64,000 bases of DNA from Candidatus Cloacimonadota bacterium (GTDB lineage: Bacteria; Cloacimonadota; Cloacimonadia; G963667145): positions 1,472,001 to 1,536,000 of the forward strand of contig OY762940.1 in assembly GCA_963667255.1 (NCBI GenBank), written 5' to 3'. The notes under the pieces were generated by a model. The model worked only from the letters and a program-made list of their open reading frames with translations, was not told the DNA's origin and searched no databases. Positions 18,483 to 27,196 of this stretch are shown piece by piece. Every line of letters starts with the position of its first letter. The first letter of the stretch is position 1. Position numbers and translations under genes: made by a program.

Positions 18483-19354
18483 CTTCTTTTTATCCTTTTC
18501 TTAAAAAACTTCATAAGCTCTTTGATATAAGACTCATGCGTGTACATGGTCAACAAATCAACCTTCATCTTCTTGAAATTTTTCTCCAGTTCCTGTTCCT
18601 GTTGCTCCACCAACTGAGCAAAAAGTTTCCGCTTCTTTTTATCAAAACTATTTATAGTAAACAACTCGCCCGTCTCAGGATTGACAACATCCAAAAATCC
18701 TGCACTCGGCAACTCGGTTTCCGCTTTATCCAAAACTCGCAAAGCAACTACATCGTGCTTTTGAGACAAAATAGACAACGGCTTAATATAGTCGTCATCC
18801 AAAAAATCGGAGATAATGAAAACAACACTGCGTTTTTTGAGAACCTGTGTCAGCCGCTGGATTGCAACGCCAAGATTGGTGGTTTTCTCTTGCGGAACAA
18901 ACTGCAAAATCTCGCTCAACAACCGCAAAACAGATTTCTTGCCTTTCTTGGCAGGAATATATTTTTCCACACCTTCACAAAAAAGCATCAAACCCACTTT
19001 ATCGTTGTTGGACAAGGCAGAAAAAGCCAACACCGCTGTCAGCTCTGTGATATATTCGGATTTCAGATTTGAGTGCGTCCCGAAGAGAGTAGATGCGGAC
19101 CCATCAACCAAAAAAAGAATATTTAGCTCCCGAGTCTCCTCAAATTTTTTGATATATGGGTAATCCATTTTGGCGGACACATTCCAATCTATCTGGCGAA
19201 AACTGTCGCCGTCCTGATATTGTCGCACCTCGCTAAACTCAAGACCCTGACCTTTGAAGATGCTATGATACTCTCCAGCAAAAATATCGGAAACAATATC
19301 TTTGGTCGCAATCTCAATCTTGCGGATTTTTTTCAGAATATCTTTGGTTTCCAT
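18479..19354 (-). CDS. DUF58 family protein
   Basis: GEYHSIFKGQGLEFSEVRQY.GD..RQIDWNV, EETREL and ISDF motifs. Confidence 0.92.
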   Translation of the reverse strand: METKDILKKIRKIEIATKDIVSDIFAGEYHSIFKGQGLEFSEVRQYQDGDSFRQIDWNVSAKMDYPYIKKFEETRELNILFLVDGSASTLFGTHSNLKSEYITELTAVLAFSALSNNDKVGLMLFCEGVEKYIPAKKGKKSVLRLLSEILQFVPQEKTTNLGVAIQRLTQVLKKRSVVFIISDFLDDDYIKPLSILSQKHDVVALRVLDKAETELPSAGFLDVVNPETGELFTINSFDKKKRKLFAQLVEQQEQELEKNFKKMKVDLLTMYTHESYIKELMKFFKKRIKRR

Positions 19355-19393
19355 AATTCCAAAAACTATAAAATTTCTTAATGAAACCGAAAA

Positions 19394-20380
19394 TTACGGG
19401 ACTTGAATTTCGCCAAAAACTCTGGCAATAATATCCTCGACAGTTACCTGCTCAGCCTCAGCCTCATACGACAAAATCAATCGATGCCGTAAAACATCTT
19501 TACCAATGGCTTTGACATCATCCGGCGTAACAAATCCGCGACCACACAAGAAAGCGTGGGCTCTAGCGGCTACAGCCAAATTGATGGTAGCTCTCGGAGA
19601 CGCTCCGCATTCGATTAAATCTTGCAAATCGTCCAAATTCGCATAAGATTTCGGCTCTCTCGTGGCAAAAACCAAATCTATAATATAATCCTTAACTTTT
19701 TGCTCAATATAAACTTGCTTAATCAAAGATTTCATTTGAAGAAGTTCAGCAGGAGTAATGACAGGAGAAATCTCAGAAATATCCTCGCTTACCATCCTAT
19801 TCAAAACCAACTTTTCTTCCTCTTTGGTGGGATAATCAACTTTGAGCTTGAGCATAAATCTATCCATCTGTGCCTCAGGCAAAGGATAAGTTCCTTCCTG
19901 ATCAAGTGGGTTTTGCGTTGCCATTACCAAAAATGGGTCGTCCAATTTGTAAGTTTTATCGCCAATCGTCACTTGTTTCTCTTGCATCGCTTCCAAAAGG
20001 GCGGCTTGCACCTTGGCAGGAGCTCTGTTTATCTCGTCAGCCAACACAAAATTGGCAAAAACAGGACCCAATTTTGGATTAAACTCTCCTGTTTTTTGGT
20101 TATAAATCATAGTTCCCATGATATCAGCCGGCAACAAATCTGGTGTAAATTGGATTCTGGAAAAAGACGCTTCCACAGCTTTGGCAGTAGTGCTAATCGA
20201 CAAAGTTTTGGCAAGACCAGGAACGCCTTCCAATAGAATATGTCCGCCGGTAAGAAGTCCAATCAAAATCCTTTTAATCATATAGTCCTGACCGACTATT
20301 ACTTTTTTGATTTCTTGATTTAAACTGTTAATTTTTATGGAACTCTCAGCAACAACTCTATTTAACTCTTCTATAGTCAT
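19394..20380 (-). CDS. moxR: MoxR-family AAA+ ATPase
   Basis: LEGVPGLAKT, RIQFTPDLLPAD, DEINRAPAKVQAALLEAM and GTYPLPEAQMDRF motifs. GGAGG SD before ATG 20380. Confidence 0.95.
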   Translation of the reverse strand: MTIEELNRVVAESSIKINSLNQEIKKVIVGQDYMIKRILIGLLTGGHILLEGVPGLAKTLSISTTAKAVEASFSRIQFTPDLLPADIMGTMIYNQKTGEFNPKLGPVFANFVLADEINRAPAKVQAALLEAMQEKQVTIGDKTYKLDDPFLVMATQNPLDQEGTYPLPEAQMDRFMLKLKVDYPTKEEEKLVLNRMVSEDISEISPVITPAELLQMKSLIKQVYIEQKVKDYIIDLVFATREPKSYANLDDLQDLIECGASPRATINLAVAARAHAFLCGRGFVTPDDVKAIGKDVLRHRLILSYEAEAEQVTVEDIIARVFGEIQVP

Positions 20381-20523
20381 AATTCCTCCTAAAAATCTTG
20401 GCAATCTCACAAAAGGACTGCTAAAATGTCAAGCAAAAATTCTTTCTTTTGCCTCATAAATTACAAATTATTGTTCTTAATTCAGAGTCTATAAAAAATA
20501 ATTTCACTCAAAATTTTGATAAT

Positions 20524-20571
20524 AAAAAAACACTCAATTGCCAGTCCCAAAAAACCAACAACTGAGTGTTT
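20524..20571 (-). terminator. Probable terminator after the tRNA pair
   Basis: AAACACTCAGTTG...CAATTGAGTG followed by T7 on the minus strand. Confidence 0.6.
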
Positions 20572-20574
20572 AAA

Positions 20575-20650
20575 TGGCATCCCGTAGGGGAATTGAACCC
20601 CTGTTGCCAGGATGAAAACCTGGAGTCCTAGGCCACTAGACGAACGGGAC
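20575..20650 (-). tRNA. tRNA-Glu (anticodon TTC)
   Basis: GTCCCGTTCGTCTAGTGG...CCAGG-TT-TTC-AT-CCTGG...GGTTCAATTCC...GGGATGCCA cloverleaf with encoded CCA. Confidence 0.97.
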
Positions 20651-20664
20651 ACTCTACAAAGAAA

Positions 20665-20739
20665 TGGTGAGCGTAGATGGATTTGAACCATCGACTCTCT
20701 GCTTAAAAGGCAGATACTCTACCACTGAGTTATACGCCC
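20665..20739 (-). tRNA. tRNA-Lys (anticodon TTT)
   Basis: GGGCGTATAACTCAGTGGTAGAGT...TCTGC-CT-TTT-AA-GCAGA...GGTTCAAATCC...CTCACCA. Confidence 0.97.
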
Positions 20740-20793
20740 ACTTACATTATATCTCTCAATTATGGTGTTTTTTTAAAAGTTGCCGTTTATGTG

Positions 20794-23304
20794 TCAACCC
20801 ATAACTTGAACTTTTTGTGAAGTTTTACTCCTTCGCAAATACCACCGAACTATCGCAAATACTAAGAGTAAAGCCCATAAAATTTTAAAGCTTTGAGAAA
20901 CCATTCCCGTCCATTTTATGCTGTAGGGAGCAAAATGGAAAAACAGTTCATGCTCACCTTTCGGCACAAAAACCGACGAAAGGACATGGTTTGTTTTATA
21001 AATATGCACTTCCTCACCATCCAAATAAGCATGCCAACCATCCGGATAATAGACACTACTTACAACAAACAGCCCATCGTTGTCATTACATATTTTGAAC
21101 TTGATTTTTTCAGGCTCAAATAGCTCCAATTCGGCTCGTGCATTTTGCGGAAGGCTTATCTGATTTAGCAAATCCTCCTCAAGCAAAGCTGTCTGTTTTA
21201 CAGAAAAATCATCACTCTTCAGATAAGCAAACCGTTCATTTCGCGACTTTACAACTTTGTAATCTCCAACAAACCAACCTTTGGGCAACGACTCTTCGTT
21301 GAGATAAACATTGTATTGTTGGTCGGAATACTCAAGTTTCAAATTTTCGAAAGGTGGTTGATTTGGCAAAACAGCGGGAGTAATAAAATATTTAGCCGAA
21401 AGCATATTGGTGATGTTCCGCGAAAGTCCGCCGTTAACAATCCCATAATCAACCAAATCCTGATAAATCCTGAGCTTAGCCGGTGAATAACCGCCAATTG
21501 ACTGAAAATAGGTAGAATATTTTCCTGTAGCCCAAAAATCACTAGTTACCGGATAAATACGATACGGGCTGAAAATTTCCCCTTCAGGCTTTTTATTTAA
21601 AAGAAATCTCTCCGCTGAAGTTGCTTTTAAAATTTCTTTACCCTTTTCATTGTTTTTTTGTAGCCCTGCATAATCGCTACCATTTTTTTTGAAAAGAAAT
21701 CTATCTTGAATTTGAGTAAAATCTCCAACCAATAACACTGTAATCAATACCAAAAAAATGACACTTTTTTTAAGAAGATTTTTCAAATATACAGCTATCA
21801 CTGCGAAGGTTATTATCAGCAAAATGAAATATCTATACAAATCGGAAAATAAAAACTCTTTGCGAATATTTTTGATTATCATCATTGATTGAGCATCATA
21901 GCGGTCATTTGGTCCCACGAAAGAAAACTGACCTGAAATCGCCAGAACAAAAAGACCTAAACCCAAGAAAATAGCAAAATTAATCAAAGCCACTTTCCAA
22001 AGATTTTTCTTTTCTCTTTTCAAAATATCGTTAATCCCAAATCCCGCAAAAATTGCCAAAACAATCTCAACCAAAACCAAAATCATAGATGGAGCTCGGA
22101 ACTTGTTGAACCCCGGAGCAAAATTAAAAAAGAGGTCATAAACCAAAGAAAAATGCCGACCGAACGATAAAAAAACTGCCAAAATTGCCAAAAAAGCAAA
22201 TCCCTTAACTATTCTCTTCTTCCAATTTAACACAACGCCAATAAACGCTAAAAATACTAAAACCACTCCCATATAATCCGAGCCTTGAGTAAAAGGCATA
22301 TTACCCCAATATCCAGGAATATCTCTTCCCGATAAATGAGGATATTTAGGGTTGCTAATGTCATATTGCTCGCCACTAGCTCCACCAAACGCCCTAGGAA
22401 TAACCAATGTAAGCAACTCTTTAGGACTAAAACTCCAAGAAGTAGCATAAGACTTAGAAAGACCTACTCTCCCATCTTCTGTTTTGGCTCCTCGAATAGT
22501 GTGTTTGCTATATTCATTCATTAAAAACAATGGTTGAAAAGTAACTCCCGCTGTAATTATTAAAGCAAGAGCAATTAAAATTCCACTTCTTACTAAATGG
22601 TTTATCTCTTTCCTATATTCAATTATCTTAACAATGGTAACCACACCCATAAGCATAATAGTATAATAAATAATTTGATAATGACAAGACTGTATTTGCC
22701 AAACTTGGAAAAAAGCATAGCAAGCTAAATTGAGAAAAGAAGGCTTGTCAAACAACCTAAGAAAGAAATACAAGCAAAATGGTATTAACAAAATTGTATA
22801 AAATTTCCACCCATGACCAATTAAGAATAATATACACCAACTAGGAATTAAGATAAAACCCAAAGAAGAAATAAAAGATACAATTCTACTTACGCCTATA
22901 TAACTTAATAAATAAAAAAATCCCAAAGTTCCTAAACACAAATATAAACTAACACCTTGAAAGAAAAAATTTACTTTTAATATACCCATTATCATTGGAA
23001 TAGTTAATAAAGAAAAAAAAGAATAATTGGGGGTGCCAGAGAATAAACCTAAATCGTAAAAAGTTGGTCTACCAACAAGTTTACCCCATTGACGACTTAA
23101 GCAATCAGCAACAAATATGGCATCATTACCTGCAGCAGAATAACCACCATATGTAATCGGCCAAAAATATATCACTACCAATAATACCAACAAAACAGGA
23201 TAAATCCAATCTTGATTTTTTTGGAAAAATTTACTATTTATAGAAATATTTTCTTGAGAATTTGCACTATTTATTCTCTTTTTTGATTTTTTGTTTTTCC
23301 CCAC
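20794..23304 (-). CDS. YfhO-family multi-pass membrane protein (GT-C-like)
   Basis: Many TM segments; YATSWSF, YWGNMPFT, PGFNKFRAP, SIGGYSPAKL and YYPDGWHAYLDG motifs. Confidence 0.85.
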   Translation of the reverse strand: MGKNKKSKKRINSANSQENISINSKFFQKNQDWIYPVLLVLLVVIYFWPITYGGYSAAGNDAIFVADCLSRQWGKLVGRPTFYDLGLFSGTPNYSFFSLLTIPMIMGILKVNFFFQGVSLYLCLGTLGFFYLLSYIGVSRIVSFISSLGFILIPSWCILFLIGHGWKFYTILLIPFCLYFFLRLFDKPSFLNLACYAFFQVWQIQSCHYQIIYYTIMLMGVVTIVKIIEYRKEINHLVRSGILIALALIITAGVTFQPLFLMNEYSKHTIRGAKTEDGRVGLSKSYATSWSFSPKELLTLVIPRAFGGASGEQYDISNPKYPHLSGRDIPGYWGNMPFTQGSDYMGVVLVFLAFIGVVLNWKKRIVKGFAFLAILAVFLSFGRHFSLVYDLFFNFAPGFNKFRAPSMILVLVEIVLAIFAGFGINDILKREKKNLWKVALINFAIFLGLGLFVLAISGQFSFVGPNDRYDAQSMMIIKNIRKEFLFSDLYRYFILLIITFAVIAVYLKNLLKKSVIFLVLITVLLVGDFTQIQDRFLFKKNGSDYAGLQKNNEKGKEILKATSAERFLLNKKPEGEIFSPYRIYPVTSDFWATGKYSTYFQSIGGYSPAKLRIYQDLVDYGIVNGGLSRNITNMLSAKYFITPAVLPNQPPFENLKLEYSDQQYNVYLNEESLPKGWFVGDYKVVKSRNERFAYLKSDDFSVKQTALLEEDLLNQISLPQNARAELELFEPEKIKFKICNDNDGLFVVSSVYYPDGWHAYLDGEEVHIYKTNHVLSSVFVPKGEHELFFHFAPYSIKWTGMVSQSFKILWALLLVFAIVRWYLRRSKTSQKVQVMG

Positions 23305-23322
23305 AATAACCTCTTTTAGTAA

Positions 23323-24012
23323 TCAATTATAATTTCTTTGCCCAAAAATAGAGCTACCCACTCGTAGCATATTCGCTCCACACTCCAAAGCAAGCTGATA
23401 ATCTCCACTCATACCCATAGAGAGCCATTGCATTTTGGCAGTCGGTATCTCTTTACATTGCTCAAATAATTGCTTTAAAAATTCAAAGCATCTTCTCGTG
23501 CTTTCAATATTCGGATCAAGTGCCCCGATAGTCATCAAACCTACAACCCGTAAATTGGAGAGTTCTGAGATAGATTTGACCAAATTATGAGCATTTTCTT
23601 TAGAACTCCCAAATTTTGTTTCTTCCTCAGAAGTGTTAATCTGCACCAAAACCTGCTGAATTTTCCCCATTCGTTTTACAGCCTCATTGAGTTTATCAGC
23701 CGTAGATAGTTTGTCTAATGAATGAATAAGTGTAGGATTAAGCATCAAAAGTTTATTTATCTTGTTGCTTTGCAAATGTCCGATGAAATGGAACTCTTTG
23801 TAAGGGTGTAATAACTTCGGAAGTTTTAACTCCGCTTCCTGAACCTTGTTTTCGCCAATAAATTCCGCTCCAGAGGCGAGTGCTTCATCTATAACTTCGG
23901 GAGAATGCGTTTTGGTTACCACGATTAGTTTGACAACTCTGTCGGAGTCTCCGATTTTCATTAAAGTTGAGTTGATGTTTTCTCTTACTCTTTGCAAATT
24001 AGCAAATATCAT
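23323..24012 (-). CDS. yggS: PLP homeostasis protein (YggS/PLPBP)
   Basis: VVTKTH, GENKVQE, HFIGHLQSNK, GLMTIG, LSMGMSGDY and RVGSSIFG motifs. Confidence 0.95.
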   Translation of the reverse strand: MIFANLQRVRENINSTLMKIGDSDRVVKLIVVTKTHSPEVIDEALASGAEFIGENKVQEAELKLPKLLHPYKEFHFIGHLQSNKINKLLMLNPTLIHSLDKLSTADKLNEAVKRMGKIQQVLVQINTSEEETKFGSSKENAHNLVKSISELSNLRVVGLMTIGALDPNIESTRRCFEFLKQLFEQCKEIPTAKMQWLSMGMSGDYQLALECGANMLRVGSSIFGQRNYN

Positions 24013-24314
24013 AAATCGTCTAAATCGTCAAACAAATCGTCATCGTCAAAATCGTCGTCAAAATCATCATCAATCTCTTTGTCGGTTACCCAATCGGGAC
24101 AAAAGAAAATGGGGTCTCTATAATCGTGACCGGAAATGTTATCAATCCCCAGCCTCTCCAAAATTTCCTCTTCCCAAATAGTATAATAAACGGCATCATC
24201 GTCCGTTCTGTAGCTCAAAATAGGCTTATTATAACGATTAAGATCAAGTTTTCTTCCTAAAAGTTCGAGAAACTCCTCAATCTTTTTCTTATCAAATTCA
24301 ATTTTAAACTCATT
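24009..24314 (-). CDS. Hypothetical protein with strongly acidic C-terminal tail
   Basis: Fits tightly between the fumarase beta gene and yggS, with overlapping start/stop codons. Tail DDDFDDDFDDDDLFDDLDDL. Confidence 0.65.
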   Translation of the reverse strand, partial: NEFKIEFDKKKIEEFLELLGRKLDLNRYNKPILSYRTDDDAVYYTIWEEEILERLGIDNISGHDYRDPIFFCPDWVTDKEIDDDFDDDFDDDDLFDDLDDL

Positions 24315-24805
24315 CATAATATGCTCTCTCCCTTAGCATCAATACCGACCCACAAAGGCATTTTGTCAACCAATAGTTTGCGGATTGCTTCCGTGCCCAA
24401 TTCCTGATAAGCTACGATTTCATTGGAAACAATGGACTTGGCATACAACGCTCCGCAACCTCCCAAAGCCAAAGCGTAAACCGCTCTATTCTCCTTTATA
24501 GATTTCTGAACTTCTCTACTTCTTGGACCTTTCCCTATCAAAAGTTTAGCACCTTTCTCCAAAATCGTGCCGGTAAATTTGTCCATTCTAGCAGAAGTCG
24601 TCGGTCCACACGAGATTATTTTATCGCCATTCATTACCGGTCCTGCATAAAAAACAACGCTGTCTTGCAACTCAAAAGGCAAAGATTTCCCCTGCTCTAT
24701 CAACTTACAAATTCGTGAATGAGCAACATCTCTCGCCAAATAAATTTCCCCACTATAGTAAAAAAAATCTCCAGCTCTCAACTTCGATAATTCGTCGCGT
24801 GTCAT
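24314..24805 (-). CDS. Fe-S fumarate/tartrate hydro-lyase beta subunit
   Basis: LRAGD, ARDVAH, GPTTSARMD, IGKG and LGTEAIR motifs; ATGA overlap with the alpha subunit gene. Confidence 0.88.
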   Translation of the reverse strand: MTRDELSKLRAGDFFYYSGEIYLARDVAHSRICKLIEQGKSLPFELQDSVVFYAGPVMNGDKIISCGPTTSARMDKFTGTILEKGAKLLIGKGPRSREVQKSIKENRAVYALALGGCGALYAKSIVSNEIVAYQELGTEAIRKLLVDKMPLWVGIDAKGESIL

Positions 24806-25620
24806 AAGACCACTTCGCAATGGCGATGAACATAGCAACCAAGATTGATAGCAACCGGCAGACTGGCAATATGGCAAGGAGCGTGCAATATCTTGACACC
24901 CAAAGCTGTCGGATATTTTCCCAAACCTTGTGGTCCGATTTTCAATTTCTGGATTTTGTCCAAAATAGATTTTTCCATCTCGTCATAAACACCTAACGGA
25001 TTCACTCCACGCAAGGGAACAACCAAAGCTCTCTTTGCCAAAATTGCAGACTGCTCAAAATTCCCGCCTATTCCCAAGCCAATAATATACGGAGGGCAAG
25101 CAGCCGCTCCTACACTTGCAATCCAATCAACAACAAAATCCTCAATCTCGCTATGAGTAGCCGTAGGTGCAAAAATCTTAATCGTGCTCTTATTTTCAGA
25201 GCCACCACCTTTCGCCATAATGAGCAACCTCAAGCTATCTCCATCAACGATTTTGGTGTGAATAATCGCTGGAGTGTTGTCGTTAGTGTTCACTCGGTCA
25301 AACAAAGGTTCGGCAACAATAGACTTGCGAAAATTCTGATATCCGTCTCGCACACCGCAATGTATCGCCTCTTCAAAATTCCCGCCTTCGATATGCACTT
25401 GCTGACCAACTTCGGCAAAGACAACAACCGTTCCCGTATCTTGGCAAATCGGCAAATTTTCCTCTTCCGCCAACTCAATATTCTTGAGCATCATTTCCAA
25501 TACTTTGCTATTTTCGTAACTCCTCAAAATAGCCACAATCTCTCTATCCAAAATAGTTACAATCTTCTTACAGGCGGAAGAAACAGCCTCAATTATCTGT
25601 TTATAATAAATTGTTTTCAT
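24802..25620 (-). CDS. Fe-S fumarate/tartrate hydro-lyase alpha subunit
   Basis: PICQDTG, NTNDNTPA, KGGGSEN, ACPPY and CHIASLPVAINLGC motifs. Confidence 0.9.
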   Translation of the reverse strand: MKTIYYKQIIEAVSSACKKIVTILDREIVAILRSYENSKVLEMMLKNIELAEEENLPICQDTGTVVVFAEVGQQVHIEGGNFEEAIHCGVRDGYQNFRKSIVAEPLFDRVNTNDNTPAIIHTKIVDGDSLRLLIMAKGGGSENKSTIKIFAPTATHSEIEDFVVDWIASVGAAACPPYIIGLGIGGNFEQSAILAKRALVVPLRGVNPLGVYDEMEKSILDKIQKLKIGPQGLGKYPTALGVKILHAPCHIASLPVAINLGCYVHRHCEVVL

Positions 25621-25682
25621 CAAAACTGAATTATAAAAACCAAATTTGTGTGTCAACTTTTTCTCACTTCTTAAATTTCTAC

Positions 25683-25710
25683 AAAAAACCCGCCAACAAT
25701 GTAGCGGGTT
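25683..25710 (-). terminator. Intrinsic terminator of the NSS transporter gene
   Basis: AACCCGC-...-GCGGG followed by T6 on the minus strand. Confidence 0.65.
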
Positions 25711-25730
25711 AAAATTATCAAAAGATTAAA

Positions 25731-27089
25731 TTAATTTCCAAAAACACCCAAACCGTTTAAGAACACGATGAAAATAATAATAGGAGCAACAAATCTGCAG
25801 ATAAAGACGAACAAAGACATATATTTTATAGAGAATTTGCCGTCACTACTAAGTTCGTCAGCAAGGCGTTTTCTATCCAATTTCCAACCAACAAAATAAG
25901 TGATAAACATTCCACCGAGAGGCAACAGCCAGTTAGAAGACAAGTAATCCAAAGTATCAAAGAAATTTTTCCCGGGTAAAAGATGGAAATTACTCATCGG
26001 ACCCATAGCCAAAGAGCAAGGAATTCCAATTACAAAACAGGCAACTGCCATATAAATAGTCGCCTTATTACGAGAAATATTTTTTTCCTCAATAAGATAA
26101 GAAACCAAACATTCCAAAATAGAAATAGCACTACTCAACGCAGCCAACGCCAAAAGAACAAAGAAAAGGAAGCAGAAGAATTGTCCACCTACCATTTGGT
26201 TAAACACATTCGGTAATGTAACAAAAACAAGACCAGGACCTGCTCCGGGCTCGATACCAAAAGCAAAAACTGCAGGGAAAATAGCCACACCTGCCAAAAC
26301 AGCTATTATAGTATCAGCAGCACTTACTTGGATGGCTATAGAACTCAAATTTTCTTGTCTTTGGACATACGAGCCGTAAATCAACATCGTTCCCATTCCC
26401 AGAGACAAAGAGAAGAAAGCGTGTCCCAAAGCTACTAAAACAGCATTACCTGTTAAGCTAGACCAATTGGGAGTAAACAAAAAAGCTAAACCTTTTGATG
26501 CACCCGGCAGAGTAACCGCTCTGATACAAAGCACCAAAAGAATAGCGAGCAATAAAGGCATCAAAATTTTTGAACTCTTTTCAATTCCTTTTTGCACACC
26601 CATCACGATAATACCAGCAGTAAGAACCATAAAAATAAAATGCCAAAGCACCGGCTTCCAAGGATTAGAAATAAATCCCCCGAAAATACCACCAATATCA
26701 GCAGCAGACTTACCAGTAAAAGTGCCGAAAGCAGCTTTAAAAATATAATCAACTGTCCATCCGGCAACTACGGAATAAAAAGACAAAATGCAAAAGCCTG
26801 CCAAAATTCCGAGAAAACCAACCAAATACCATTTGGTTCCGGGAGCCAATTGAGTAAAAGCTCCAACACCATTTCTTTGAGTCGTCCGACCCAAAACAAA
26901 CTCAGCAAGCATCACTGTTACTCCTACTACAGCTATACAAACAAGATAAACAATCAAAAAAGCCGCTCCACCATAAACACCTGTAATATAAGGGAATTTC
27001 CAAATATTACCGAGTCCGATGGCAGAACCTGCAGCAGCAGCAATGATACCTAACTTACTTCCAAAAGATCCTCTGTTTTTCAAATCCAT
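25731..27089 (-). CDS. Sodium-dependent (NSS/SNF family) amino-acid transporter
   Basis: GSAIGLGNIWKFPY, GGAAFL, AFFSLSLGMG and GPGLVF motifs. Confidence 0.95.
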   Translation of the reverse strand: MDLKNRGSFGSKLGIIAAAAGSAIGLGNIWKFPYITGVYGGAAFLIVYLVCIAVVGVTVMLAEFVLGRTTQRNGVGAFTQLAPGTKWYLVGFLGILAGFCILSFYSVVAGWTVDYIFKAAFGTFTGKSAADIGGIFGGFISNPWKPVLWHFIFMVLTAGIIVMGVQKGIEKSSKILMPLLLAILLVLCIRAVTLPGASKGLAFLFTPNWSSLTGNAVLVALGHAFFSLSLGMGTMLIYGSYVQRQENLSSIAIQVSAADTIIAVLAGVAIFPAVFAFGIEPGAGPGLVFVTLPNVFNQMVGGQFFCFLFFVLLALAALSSAISILECLVSYLIEEKNISRNKATIYMAVACFVIGIPCSLAMGPMSNFHLLPGKNFFDTLDYLSSNWLLPLGGMFITYFVGWKLDRKRLADELSSDGKFSIKYMSLFVFICRFVAPIIIFIVFLNGLGVFGN

Positions 27090-27196
27090 ACACTAACTCC
27101 TTCTATACTTAATAATAACGATTGAGCCAAACTATGAAAGCCAAAAATAAGTGACAAGAAAAAAAATAAATAAATCTTATTAGTTATTGAAAAACA

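Noticed and set aside
13046..20380. MoxR-DUF58-VWA-TPR-BatD cluster as a novel system
   Set aside because: It is the well-known Bat/MoxR arrangement.
20575..20739. tRNA-anchored integrative element
   Set aside because: No integrase nearby and no duplicated tRNA 3' end seen in the window.
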